The position numbers and the translations under genes are program-made. Below are positions 40,360 through 49,778 of a DNA stretch of 64,000 nucleotides, in pieces. The first letter of the stretch is position 1, and each line of letters starts with the position of its first letter. The notes below the pieces were generated by a model. It was not told the origin of the DNA. It searched no databases and worked only from the letters and a program-made list of their open reading frames with translations. Source of the stretch: Gammaproteobacteria bacterium (GTDB lineage: Bacteria > Pseudomonadota > Gammaproteobacteria > Steroidobacterales > Rariloculaceae); assembly GCA_022826245.1 (NCBI GenBank), contig JAJDVG010000010.1:70801-134800 (forward strand), written 5' to 3'.

Positions 40360-42525
40360 TTACATCAGTTCCAGGTTCGCATAGGCGAGCACGAGCCACT
40401 TGGTGCCCGCGCGTTCGAAGTTCACCTGCACGCGGGCGTGCGCGCCGCTGCCTTCGCTGTTGAGGACGATCCCGTCGCCGAACTTGCGGTGACGCACACG
40501 CTGACCGAGCTTGACGCCGCTTGACTCGGGCTCGAGTTCGGCGGCGCCCCGGCGATACGACTGCCGACCGGTCGAGAAGCTCGGGCGGACTTCTTCCACG
40601 AGATCGGGCGGTATCTCGCGGATGAAGCGTGACGGCGTCGTGTAGTTGTCCGTACCGTGGATGCGCCGCTGCTCGGCGTAGCTCAGGTAGAGCTCCTCGC
40701 GCGCCCGCGTGAGCCCGACGTAACAGAGCCTGCGCTCCTCCTCGAGACCGTCGGCGTCGTTGAGCGAGCGCTGGTGCGGAAACAGACCGTCCTCCATGCC
40801 GCACAGAAATAGCAGCGGAAACTCGAGCCCCTTGGCCGAGTGAAGCGTCATGAGCTGGACGCTGTCCTCCGTCGCGCCGGCCTGGGCTTCGCCCGACTCG
40901 AGCACCGCGTAGGACAGGAACGCGATGAGCGGCGACAGTTCCGATTCCTCGTCGTCGATGGGATCGCGCGCCGCGTTGACGAGCTCCTCGAGGTTCTCGA
41001 GCCTCGCCTCGGCATTGCCGGTCCGGTCGCTCGCGTAGTGTTTGGCGAGGCCGCTGGCTTCGATGACCTGTTCCACCTGCTCGTGCAAGGCGCAGCCGGA
41101 AGTGTCGCGATCGAGATCGTCGACGAGCTTGAGGAACTTCCACAGCGCGCCGGCCAATCGCGGCGGGAGCGCCTTCTCGGCGACAAGCGCCGCCGCGGCG
41201 CGCCACAGGCTCGTGCCCGATCCGCGCGCCTGCGAGCGCACGGCATCCACGGTGCGTGCGCCGATGCCGCGCCTCGGCGTATTGACGACGCGCTCGAACG
41301 ACGGGTCGTCGTCGCGGTTCGCGATCAGGCGCAGATAGGCCAGCGCGTCCTTGATCTCCGCGCGCTCGAAGAACCGCAACCCGCCGTAGACGCGATAGGG
41401 AATGCCCGCCGCGAGAAACGCTTCCTCGAACACACGCGACTGCGCATTGGAACGGTAGAGCACGGCCGCATCGCTGACTCGCTGGCCGCGATCGAGGTAA
41501 TCGCGGATTCGATTGACGACGAACTCCGCCTCGTCGCGCTCGTTGAAGGCGACGAACAGCTTGATGCGCTCGCCGTCCTCACCGCTGGTCCACAGATTCT
41601 TGCCGAGCCGCGTGCCGTTGTTCGCGATGACCGCGTTCGCGGCGTTCAGGATCGTTGCCGTGGAACGGTAGTTCTGCTCGAGACGAATGAGCCGCGTGCC
41701 GGCGAAATCCTTCTCGAAACGGAACAGGTTCTCCACCCTGGCGCCGCGCCAGCGATAGATCGACTGGTCGTCGTCGCCGACGACGAACGGGATGCCGTCG
41801 TTGCCGGCGAGCAGCCTGAGCCAGCGGTACTGGATCGCGTTGGTGTCCTGGAATTCGTCGACGAGCAGATGCCTGAACCTGCGGCGGTAGCGATCGAGCA
41901 ACTCGTCGTGGCGCTCGAGCGTCTCGAGCGTCCTGAGCAGGAGCTCGCCGAAGTCCACCACAGAGGCGTTTTCCGCGAACTGCTCGTAGCGCGCGTAGAG
42001 TTCGATGAACTGCCGCCGCGCGACGTTGCCGTCGTCGCCGCAGTCCTTCGCCCGGAGCCCTTCTTCCTTCTGCGCGTTGATGAACCACTGCAGGTCGCGG
42101 ATGTCCCGCGGGGTCCATTCGTCCGGATTCGCGCCCATGTCCCTGAGCATCCGCCTGAGCAGCTTGAACTGATCGTCCGCATCGACGATCTGAAAGCCCT
42201 CGGCAAGCCCCGCCTCGCGCCAGTGCATGCGCAACATGCGGTGGGCAATGCCGTGAAACGTGCCGATCCACAAGTGCGCGGTCGGGAAGCCGAGCAACGC
42301 CTCGATGCGGTCGCGCATCTCCCGTGCGGCCTTGTTCGTGAACGTGACCGCGAGGATCTGCTGGGGGGAGAGATTCTCGACCCGGACCAGCCAGGCGACG
42401 CGGTGCACGAGAACCCGCGTCTTGCCGCTGCCGGCGCCCGCGAGAACGAGCGTGGGCGCGCCGCCCGCAGTCACCGCCTCGCGCTGGGCGTCGTTCAGCG
42501 GATCGATGATGTCGGTGACGTCCAT
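40360..42525 (-). CDS. uvrD: DNA helicase II UvrD
   Basis: Track ORF of 721 aa with AGAGSGKT, VDEFQDTN, YRSNAQSR, and a C-terminus GQRVRHRKFGDGIVLN...KWLVLAYANLE like E. coli UvrD. Confidence 0.95.
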   Translation of the reverse strand: MDVTDIIDPLNDAQREAVTAGGAPTLVLAGAGSGKTRVLVHRVAWLVRVENLSPQQILAVTFTNKAAREMRDRIEALLGFPTAHLWIGTFHGIAHRMLRMHWREAGLAEGFQIVDADDQFKLLRRMLRDMGANPDEWTPRDIRDLQWFINAQKEEGLRAKDCGDDGNVARRQFIELYARYEQFAENASVVDFGELLLRTLETLERHDELLDRYRRRFRHLLVDEFQDTNAIQYRWLRLLAGNDGIPFVVGDDDQSIYRWRGARVENLFRFEKDFAGTRLIRLEQNYRSTATILNAANAVIANNGTRLGKNLWTSGEDGERIKLFVAFNERDEAEFVVNRIRDYLDRGQRVSDAAVLYRSNAQSRVFEEAFLAAGIPYRVYGGLRFFERAEIKDALAYLRLIANRDDDPSFERVVNTPRRGIGARTVDAVRSQARGSGTSLWRAAAALVAEKALPPRLAGALWKFLKLVDDLDRDTSGCALHEQVEQVIEASGLAKHYASDRTGNAEARLENLEELVNAARDPIDDEESELSPLIAFLSYAVLESGEAQAGATEDSVQLMTLHSAKGLEFPLLFLCGMEDGLFPHQRSLNDADGLEEERRLCYVGLTRAREELYLSYAEQRRIHGTDNYTTPSRFIREIPPDLVEEVRPSFSTGRQSYRRGAAELEPESSGVKLGQRVRHRKFGDGIVLNSEGSGAHARVQVNFERAGTKWLVLAYANLELM

Positions 42526-42692
42526 CGTCGCCTTCCGGAAGACCGGGCCACGGGAATTGGTCGCAACGGCAACTCGATATCGCCGCCCATTCGGAGCCGC
42601 CGGTACAAGCGTCCGGCGAGGGATGTTCCGCTCACCCTGAATGCGCTGTCAGTCACGGGGCAGGCCGCCCGCTCACGGCTCGCAGGCACTGC

Positions 42693-43607
42693 TCACGACG
42701 GCCAGATCAGCGGCAGGTAATGGTCGAGCAGCAGAAAGGCGAACAGCGCCGCGAGATAGCTGATCGAGTAGGTGAACGTGTTCATGGCCGTGTCGCCGCG
42801 CGGCGCCAGCTTGAGCAGGAACGCGTAGTACAGGAATCCGCCGCCGAGCAATACCGCGCCCGCCAGGTACAGGCCGCCGCTCATTCCCGTCAGGTATGGC
42901 AGCAGGGTCACGACGAACAGCAGGATCGTGTAGTAGACGATGAACGACTTCGTCACGTCGTCGCCGTGCGTGACGGGCAGCATCGGGATTTCGGCCTTCT
43001 CGTATTCGCTCTTCCGCGCGATCGCGAGCGCCCAGAAGTGCGGCGGCGTCCACGTAAAGACGATGAGGAACAGGAGCAGGGCATAGCCGCTGACCTCGTT
43101 CTGCACGGCCGCCCAGCCGAGCACGGGCGGGGCCGCGCCGGCCGCGCCGCCGATCACGATGTTCTGCGATGTCGCCCGCTTCAGGTACACGGTATAGATC
43201 ACCGCGTAGCCGATCAGCGACGCGAACGTGAGCGCCGCGGTCAGCACGTTGACGAGCAGCGCCAGGATGCCGAGCCCGGCGATGCCGAGGGCGAAGGCGA
43301 AGGTCAGCGCGTCGCGTTCGCTGACCCGTCCGGTCGGCAGCGGGCGGTCGCGCGTGCGCGCCATGGCGGCATCGACGCGCCGGTCGAGCACATGGTTGAC
43401 CGCCGCGCCCGAAGCCGAGGCGAGCGCGATGCCGAGGCTGCCGAAGATCAGCACGTCCCAGGGCACCATGCCGGGGGTGGCGAGGAACATGCCGACGACC
43501 GCCGTGAACACGAGCAGGCGCACGACGCCGGGCTTCGTGAGCACGTAGTAGTCCCGCCAGCTCCCGGCCGCCGGGGTGTCAGTTTCGCCAAATTCTCTGG
43601 TGAGCAT
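42693..43607 (-). CDS. ctaB: Protohaem IX farnesyltransferase (haem O synthase)
   Basis: Track ORF of 304 aa from the UbiA superfamily, with NHVLDRRVDAAMARTRDRPL and WTPPHFWALA motifs. Confidence 0.9.
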   Translation of the reverse strand: MLTREFGETDTPAAGSWRDYYVLTKPGVVRLLVFTAVVGMFLATPGMVPWDVLIFGSLGIALASASGAAVNHVLDRRVDAAMARTRDRPLPTGRVSERDALTFAFALGIAGLGILALLVNVLTAALTFASLIGYAVIYTVYLKRATSQNIVIGGAAGAAPPVLGWAAVQNEVSGYALLLFLIVFTWTPPHFWALAIARKSEYEKAEIPMLPVTHGDDVTKSFIVYYTILLFVVTLLPYLTGMSGGLYLAGAVLLGGGFLYYAFLLKLAPRGDTAMNTFTYSISYLAALFAFLLLDHYLPLIWPS

Positions 43608-44553
43608 TGATGATCGTCAGCAGCAGCAGGGCCGCCACGCCATTGTGGGCGACCGCGAGGCTCAGCGGAACACCGAAGAGCACCACGGCGGCGCCGATCG
43701 CAAGTTGCAATGCCAGCGCGGCCAGCATGACCGCGCCCGCGCGCCTGGCTTCCTGGCGGCGCAACAGCAGCCAGCCGAGCGCGCCGACCAACAAGGCGGC
43801 GGCAATCGCGCCGAGTCGGTGCGTAAAGTGTATGGCGACGCGCGCCGGATGGTCGAGCACGCCGCCTTCGTAGTCGATCCCGATACCGCGCCACAGCACG
43901 AAAGCCTCGTCGAAGTCGGCGACTTCGGGCCACCACTGCGTCTGGCAGGTCGGGAAGTCCGGACAGGCGAGGGCCGCGTAGTTGGCGCTCGTCCAGCCGC
44001 CGAGCGCGATCTGCAGCAACACCGCTGCCGCGGCCGCCACGGCCAGCGCGCGCAAACGGCGTCCCGCCGCGAGGGGCCAGGGGTTGGGCCGTGCAAGCCA
44101 GAACAGCAGGCCGAACGTGGCGAAGCCGCCGAGCAGGTGCGCAACCACGACGATCGGCTTCAACAGCAGCGTGACCGTCCACATGCCGAGCAGGCCCTGG
44201 AAGATCACAAGCGCCAGCAAGGCGAGCGGAACGCGCCACGGCTGTCCGGGCCTGTCGCGATTCAGCCAGCCGATCGCGGCAAGCGCGATGCAGATGAGGC
44301 CGAGCGCGCTCGCGAGATAGCGGTGGATCATCTCGCGCCAGGCGGCGCCGGTGTCTACGGGGCGGTCGCCGAACTCAGCCTGGACCGCGGGGTCCGTAGC
44401 GGCATCGGCCGCGACGATGAGCTGTCCATAACAGCCCGGCCAGTCCGGGCAGCCGAGCCCGGCATCCGTCAGTCGCACCCAGGCCCCGACGGTGACGACG
44501 ATGAAGGCGAGCACGGTCGCGGCGCGCGCAAGGCGCAGAAACATCTTTTCCAT
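43579..44553 (-). CDS. ctaA: Haem A synthase (COX15/CtaA)
   Basis: Track ORF 43579..44613 trimmed to ATG 44553 (start uncertain). It has GLGCPDWPGCYG, IHRYLA and FTHRLGA His motifs, and overlaps the ctaB start by 29 nt. Confidence 0.85.
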   Translation of the reverse strand: MEKMFLRLARAATVLAFIVVTVGAWVRLTDAGLGCPDWPGCYGQLIVAADAATDPAVQAEFGDRPVDTGAAWREMIHRYLASALGLICIALAAIGWLNRDRPGQPWRVPLALLALVIFQGLLGMWTVTLLLKPIVVVAHLLGGFATFGLLFWLARPNPWPLAAGRRLRALAVAAAAAVLLQIALGGWTSANYAALACPDFPTCQTQWWPEVADFDEAFVLWRGIGIDYEGGVLDHPARVAIHFTHRLGAIAAALLVGALGWLLLRRQEARRAGAVMLAALALQLAIGAAVVLFGVPLSLAVAHNGVAALLLLTIINAHQRIWRN

Positions 44554-44865
44554 ATTTCTGGAGACGGGCGGCTGCGGCATGCCCGAATCGAACGAGTTGC
44601 GGCCGGAGCCCACGATTCGTGGGGGCTACGGCGCGGTGAAACGCAATTGTCGCACAGTTCCGCAGCGCGCGGCAGGCTCGAAAACAGCCCGTGGCGGGTG
44701 CGCGGAGTACGTGGAAAATCGCCTGTGACAACCATTGACAGGCTTCGAAGTGATTCAGTTGCAACTGTCCCCCAAGCTCGCTCCGGCGCGATGCTCGTGT
44801 ACGATTACGCGTTCCGCCGCCGCCCGCGGCCTCGAGTCGGACGATTCTTCCTGGACATGCTGACG

Positions 44866-45771
44866 ATGCGCCGGAGCCTTCCCTTGTGCAGAGCCCCCGT
44901 ACCGCAGTCGGATGTGGCTGTGCCGCAGGATAGCGCCGCGAGATTTCGACCGGCGGCTCTGGCGTTCCTCATGGTCGCGTGCAGTCCGGTCGTCCATGGT
45001 CAGCCCACTTCGGCCGCAGCGAATCCCGCCGGAATCGTTCCCTACGTGAGCGCGGGTATGGCCGTGATCCGTTCGAAGGGCGCCCGGTTTGCCGACGGTG
45101 CGGATGGCGGTCATGCAGCGCTGTACGGCAGCATGGATTCGTTCGATGCCGGCGTGGTAGACGACGGCCCGCAGTTGGGATTGGCGGTGGGTGGCCGGTG
45201 GCCGTCGGGGCTGCGCGCCCAGTTGGAGCTCGGCGTCGCCCGTTCGCTCGATTACCGGGGCGACACGAACTATGCGAACACGGGAGCGCGTCAGCCGTCC
45301 GAGGCAAAGCTGGACACCCGGCAGCTCCTTCTGACCGGATTCTTTGACTTTCCGGGACGGAGGATCGGCTCCGATCGTTCGCTACGGCCCTTCGTCGGCG
45401 TCGGTGTGGGTTTCACCAGGTACCGTTTGAGCGACTACGTGCAACGGTTTCCCGAACCGGACAATCCGGACGGATATCTCCGCCGGGGTCCGGGCGGGGA
45501 GGTCCCCTTCACGGGCATCCCCGGCGGAAGCGGACGGAATCGCGCCTGGATGCTGGCGGCGGGCGTTGGGGTGCAGCTTCGCGAGAACATCCATCTCGAC
45601 CTGAGCTATCGATACACCGATGCGGGCGAAATACGGACCGATGTCGGCGACATCGCCATCGTGCGGTACAGGGAGGATGGAACGCGGAGGGAGATTCGGG
45701 TCCGTATCAACGAAACCGTCGCCGACTTCCGGACCCACACACTGCTCGTGACGCTCCGGTTCGATCTGTAG
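44866..45771 (+). CDS. Outer-membrane beta-barrel protein (OmpA-like barrel family), start uncertain
   Basis: C-terminal part of track ORF 43576..45771. The signal-like segment is RPAALAFLMVACSPVVHG. Alternating beta-strand patterns are visible (LELGVARSL, RPFVGVGVGFTRY, MLAAGVGVQL, HLDLSYRY, LLVTLRFDL). Confidence 0.5.
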   Translation: MRRSLPLCRAPVPQSDVAVPQDSAARFRPAALAFLMVACSPVVHGQPTSAAANPAGIVPYVSAGMAVIRSKGARFADGADGGHAALYGSMDSFDAGVVDDGPQLGLAVGGRWPSGLRAQLELGVARSLDYRGDTNYANTGARQPSEAKLDTRQLLLTGFFDFPGRRIGSDRSLRPFVGVGVGFTRYRLSDYVQRFPEPDNPDGYLRRGPGGEVPFTGIPGGSGRNRAWMLAAGVGVQLRENIHLDLSYRYTDAGEIRTDVGDIAIVRYREDGTRREIRVRINETVADFRTHTLLVTLRFDL

Positions 45772-46696
45772 CTGCGGAAGCCTCCCGAAGCTCGCTAGGC
45801 GTCCCGACGAACGAGCGACGCACCCGGCCGATACCGGCGGCCGGCACCGCGATCTCGCCGGGCGGTTCGGCCGACTGCCGTGGCGCGCCGGCACCCCAGG
45901 CCTGTCCCAGGATGAGCTCGATCGTGACAGTGAACCGGCCGTCACGCCTGTTTGCGAGCAAACCGCGCTCGAAACCCTGCCAGCGCCCCGGTCCCGTCAG
46001 CGTCTTGCGGCGACCGGCGGCGACATTGACAGCCCCGCAGGCCCTGAGATCGCTCACGAGCGAGCCGACATCGCGGTAACTCAGCTCGAGGCGATCCACA
46101 TCGAGCACCGGCTCATCGAGGCCGGCCGCAAGCGCGAGATCGCCGAGATCGTGCATGTCGAAGAATCCATGCACGTGGATCTGGTCGTCCACGGCCGACC
46201 AGGCGCGGCGGACCTGCTCGAGCGAGTCGGGTCCGAGCGTCGCGAACAGGAACAGGCCGCCTTCACCGAGCACCCGTGCCGCTTCGGCGAACGCCGCTTC
46301 GGGCCGGCACCAGGGCAGCACGAGGTTCGCAAGCAGCAACTGTGCGGCGTTTTCGGCGACAGGCAGTTGCTCGGCGTCGCCGCCAAGGACGGCGGCGTTG
46401 GTTTGCCCGGCCAGTGTCTGCGCCGCCGACTCGCACATCGCCTGGCTTGAGTCGACCGCGAGTACGCGCGCATCGGGATAGCGCGTGGCAAGCGCCAGCG
46501 CGCCCCGGCCATCCGCGCAACCCAGATCGACGATTGTCTGCGGCGCAAGCCGCACCAACTCGAGCCTGCCGAGCAGGCGGTCGCGCGCCTCGTCGTGGAC
46601 GACGCTCGCCGCGCGGAAGTTCGCGCTCGCCCGGTCGAAAGCCTTTATTGCGGCGCGCCGTGCCGGCAGCGCATCGTGAGCCGCCAGATTCGCCAT
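45707..46696 (-). CDS. bioC: Malonyl-ACP O-methyltransferase BioC-like
   Basis: Track ORF of 329 aa with AFDRASANF...VVHDEA, SAM motif I IVDLGCADG, and LLANLVLPWC...VLGEGGLFLFATLGPDSL. It lies directly downstream of bioB and has a long C-terminal tail. Confidence 0.75.
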   Translation of the reverse strand: MANLAAHDALPARRAAIKAFDRASANFRAASVVHDEARDRLLGRLELVRLAPQTIVDLGCADGRGALALATRYPDARVLAVDSSQAMCESAAQTLAGQTNAAVLGGDAEQLPVAENAAQLLLANLVLPWCRPEAAFAEAARVLGEGGLFLFATLGPDSLEQVRRAWSAVDDQIHVHGFFDMHDLGDLALAAGLDEPVLDVDRLELSYRDVGSLVSDLRACGAVNVAAGRRKTLTGPGRWQGFERGLLANRRDGRFTVTIELILGQAWGAGAPRQSAEPPGEIAVPAAGIGRVRRSFVGTPSELREASAATDRTGASRAVCGSGSRRRFR

Positions 46697-46709
46697 CGCC
46701 GCGCGTCGG

Positions 46710-47723
46710 TCAACCCGGCGTGTGCGTGAAGCCGGGTTCCGCCTCGATGCCGAGTTTCGCGAACAACGCCTCGTCGTCGTTCGGCACGGGGTTGTCGGTC
46801 GTCAGCAGCTTGTCGCCGTAGAAGATCGAATTGGCGCCGGCGAAGAAGCACATTGCCTGAAGCTCATCGCTGAAGTCGCTGCGCCCGGCCGATAGCCTGA
46901 CGTGCGAGCGCGGCATGAGGATCCGGGCCACGGCGATCGTTCGGACGAACTCGAAGTTGTCGAACGGTTCGGCGTCGGCGAGCGGCGTGCCCGGAACGGT
47001 CACGAGGCGGTTGATCGGCACGCTCTCCGGCTGCGGGTCCATCGAGGCGAGCGTGCGCAACAGCTCGATCCGGTCGCGGCGACTCTCCCCCATGCCGAGG
47101 ATGCCGCCGCAGCACACTTTCAGTCCCGCGTCCCGGACATGCCCGAGCGTCTCAAGGCGGTCCGCGTAGGTTCGCGTGCCGATGATCTCCGGGTAGAACG
47201 CCTCGGAGGTATCGAGGTTGTGGTTGTAGTAGTCGAGACCGGCGTCGGCGAGCCGCCTGGCCTGGTGCGGCTTGAGCAGCCCGAGCGTCACGCAGCTCTC
47301 CATGCCGAGACGTCCGACCTCGCCGATCATCTCGATGATCGGCTCGAGATCCTTGTCCTTCGGCCCCCGGTACGCGGCGCCCATGCAGAAGCGCGTCGCG
47401 CCCGCGGCCTTCGCGCGCCGCGCCGCGGCTTTCACCTCTTCGACCGGCATGAGATCGTGAACCTCGAGTTCGGTATCGAAGCGGATGCTCTGCGGACAAT
47501 ACGCGCAATCTTCCGGACAGCGGCCGGTCTTGATCGACAGCAGGGTCGAGACCTGTACGCTGTTCGGATCGAAGTGCCGCCGATGCACCGACTGCGCCTC
47601 GAACAGCAGATCGATCAGCGGCTTCTCGAACAAGGCCTCGACGGCGCCGACGCCCGCATCCGGTGGCAGCGGTACGGCCGAGCCTGGCGTCGCGCTAGCC
47701 AATTCTCCCTCAACAACCGACAT
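46710..47723 (-). CDS. bioB: Biotin synthase
   Basis: Track ORF 46710..48488 trimmed to ATG 47723, giving 337 aa. The radical-SAM cluster motif is [10 protein letters not shown], with YNHNLDTS and GGILGMGE also present. Confidence 0.95.
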   Translation of the reverse strand: MSVVEGELASATPGSAVPLPPDAGVGAVEALFEKPLIDLLFEAQSVHRRHFDPNSVQVSTLLSIKTGRCPEDCAYCPQSIRFDTELEVHDLMPVEEVKAAARRAKAAGATRFCMGAAYRGPKDKDLEPIIEMIGEVGRLGMESCVTLGLLKPHQARRLADAGLDYYNHNLDTSEAFYPEIIGTRTYADRLETLGHVRDAGLKVCCGGILGMGESRRDRIELLRTLASMDPQPESVPINRLVTVPGTPLADAEPFDNFEFVRTIAVARILMPRSHVRLSAGRSDFSDELQAMCFFAGANSIFYGDKLLTTDNPVPNDDEALFAKLGIEAEPGFTHTPG

Positions 47724-47975
47724 ATGCGTCTTGCTCCCCTGGATGCTCTCGCGCAAATTGCATCCCGTTCGGACTTGACCGTCCCGGCACGATTCCGGTG
47801 ACGTTGCGCGCGGCGGCAGATCCGCTTGGCCGGATCGCTTCCGGCTGCGAAGCGCCCCCGGCAGCCGTCCCACCATTTCCCGTGCGCCGCGCCGGACCCG
47901 AGACGCTGCCGCAGCCCCGGTTTCGACGATGGGAGTATCTGGACGCGGTTCGAGGCTGTCAACCTGGAACGCGAT

Positions 47976-48665
47976 TTGAAGTTTACAGGCATCGCCAAGC
48001 TTTTCCCGGAAGTGTGCCCGCGCTGCCGCGGCGCCACGGAGCGGGGCTTCTGCGCCGGCTGCCGCGGCGACTTCGCCGTCGTCGCGAACGCCTGCATGCG
48101 GTGCGGCCTGCCCCGGCCGGTCATGCGTTGCCCGCAGCGCGACGAACCCTGGCAGGTCGACTCGATCGTTGCGCCGTACAGCTACTGCATGCCGTTGCAC
48201 CATCACGTGCAGGCGCTCAAGTTCAATCGCGCGCGCAAGCTGGGCCGGGCGCTCGGACTGCTGCTGGCCGAGCACCTCAAACCGCATCGCGGCAGCATCG
48301 ACGCGCTGGCGCCCGTGCCCATGCACCCCGAGCGCGTGCGGCTGCGCGGCTATAACCAGGCCGTGGAGATTGCACGCAGCGTCGCCGCGGAACTCGCCAT
48401 TCCGCTCCTGATCTGCGGTATCCGGCGCCGCAGCGCCGCTCCGCCGCAGACCGCGCTCGACGCCAGGCAGCGTCTGAAGAACCTCCACGGCGCCTTCAGC
48501 ATCGAGCGGCGGCTCGAAGGACTCAGGGTCGCCATCGTCGACGACGTCATTACCACGGGCGCGACGATCAACGCGCTCGCCCGTTCGCTGCGGGCCGCGG
48601 GCGCCGAGACGCCGGGCGCCTGGGCGGTCGCGCGAACGCTCAGCGAAAGAGATCGTGAAGCCTGA
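47976..48665 (+). CDS. comF: ComF-family phosphoribosyltransferase-domain protein (start uncertain; ORF opens at 47826)
   Basis: The track ORF is 47826..48665. It has N-terminal Cys pairs (CPRC...CAGC, CMRC) and the PRT motif [17 protein letters not shown] 47976 gives a typical ~229 aa. Confidence 0.7.
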   Translation: MKFTGIAKLFPEVCPRCRGATERGFCAGCRGDFAVVANACMRCGLPRPVMRCPQRDEPWQVDSIVAPYSYCMPLHHHVQALKFNRARKLGRALGLLLAEHLKPHRGSIDALAPVPMHPERVRLRGYNQAVEIARSVAAELAIPLLICGIRRRSAAPPQTALDARQRLKNLHGAFSIERRLEGLRVAIVDDVITTGATINALARSLRAAGAETPGAWAVARTLSERDREA

Positions 48666-48704
48666 CGGGCCGAGCGCAGCGAGCGCAGTCCGCGTCCGGC
48701 TCTT

Positions 48705-49778
48705 TCAGCGAAAGAGATAGTCGAGCATGATGCCCGCAAACACCCAGCCGCCGAGCCAGGCGTTGCTCATGAAGGCGCGCAGGCAATGCTCGGCCTGGCG
48801 CTCCCCGATCAGGTATTGCTGATAGAGCGCGAGCGCGGCCGCGAGCCCGATTCCGCCGTAGTACCAGATGCCGAGGTCGGCGCCGACGCCGGCGAAGAGC
48901 AGCGCGAGGAAAAACAGCACCTGCAGGCCGCCGACCAGAGCCCGATCGAGTTCGCCGAACAGTATCGCGGTCGAGCGCACGCCGGCCTTGAGATCGTCCT
49001 CGCGGTCCGCCATCGCGTATTGCGTGTCGTAGACGATGCCCCAAATGACGGCGGCCAGAAACAGCAGCCAGCCCAGCCGCGGGACCGTCCCGAGCTGGGC
49101 GGCGAACGCCATGGGCACGCCCCAGGCGAAAGCGATCCCGAGCACGAACTGAGGCGTTGCGATGAACCGCTTGGTGAACGGATAGACGACGGCGATCACC
49201 GCGCCGATGACGGCAAGTTGCAGGGTCAGGGCATTCAGGGTCAGGACGAGCCCGAGACCGATCAGCATCAACGCGCCGAACAGCGTCAGCGCGGCGCCGG
49301 CCGTCACCTCGCCCGTCGCGAGCGGCCGGTCGGCGGTCCGCCCGACGAGCGGGTCGATCTTGCGGTCGGCGAAATCATTGATGATGCAGCCGGCCGAACG
49401 CAGCATGATCGTACCGAGCACGAACACGAACAGCACCCACTCGTCGGGCTGGCCCTCCGACGCGATCCATAGTCCCCAGAGCGTCGGCCACAGCAGCAGC
49501 CAGATACCGATCGGCTGGTGCCAGCGCATCAGCCGTACATAGGGAGACAGGCGGCCGGCGTATACGGGCAGCTCGCTCGCAAGCCGGTTCAACGATTCGC
49601 GCATTGCTGCCCACGGCAGTCCGCGCAGCCAGGCGTCGAGCCGCGACCAGATCCGGGCGATCCCGGCGCGAGTCTGCGCCCAGGGGAGCCGGTCCAGCCT
49701 GTCGCGGATCGCAGTCCAGCGCAGCCGCTCCGCCAGCCATGTCCACCAGCTACTCAGCAGCGCATCAAACCTTGGCAT
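48705..49778 (-). CDS. ubiA: 4-hydroxybenzoate polyprenyltransferase UbiA, with possible 58-aa N-terminal extension
   Basis: Track ORF of 357 aa with RWHQPIGIWLLLWPTLW, NDFADRKID and YDTQYAMADREDD motifs. ATG 49604 would give a canonical 299 aa. However, codons 49605-49778 keep about 83% GC3 by my count, so the long form is plausible. Confidence 0.85.
   Translation of the reverse strand: MPRFDALLSSWWTWLAERLRWTAIRDRLDRLPWAQTRAGIARIWSRLDAWLRGLPWAAMRESLNRLASELPVYAGRLSPYVRLMRWHQPIGIWLLLWPTLWGLWIASEGQPDEWVLFVFVLGTIMLRSAGCIINDFADRKIDPLVGRTADRPLATGEVTAGAALTLFGALMLIGLGLVLTLNALTLQLAVIGAVIAVVYPFTKRFIATPQFVLGIAFAWGVPMAFAAQLGTVPRLGWLLFLAAVIWGIVYDTQYAMADREDDLKAGVRSTAILFGELDRALVGGLQVLFFLALLFAGVGADLGIWYYGGIGLAAALALYQQYLIGERQAEHCLRAFMSNAWLGGWVFAGIMLDYLFR

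Noticed and set aside
44723-44739. CRP/FNR-like half-site arrangement TGTGACAACCATTGACA between ctaA and the OMP gene
   Set aside because: Only the left half (TGTGA) matches. The right half is TTGAC rather than TCACA, and the motif is not palindromic.
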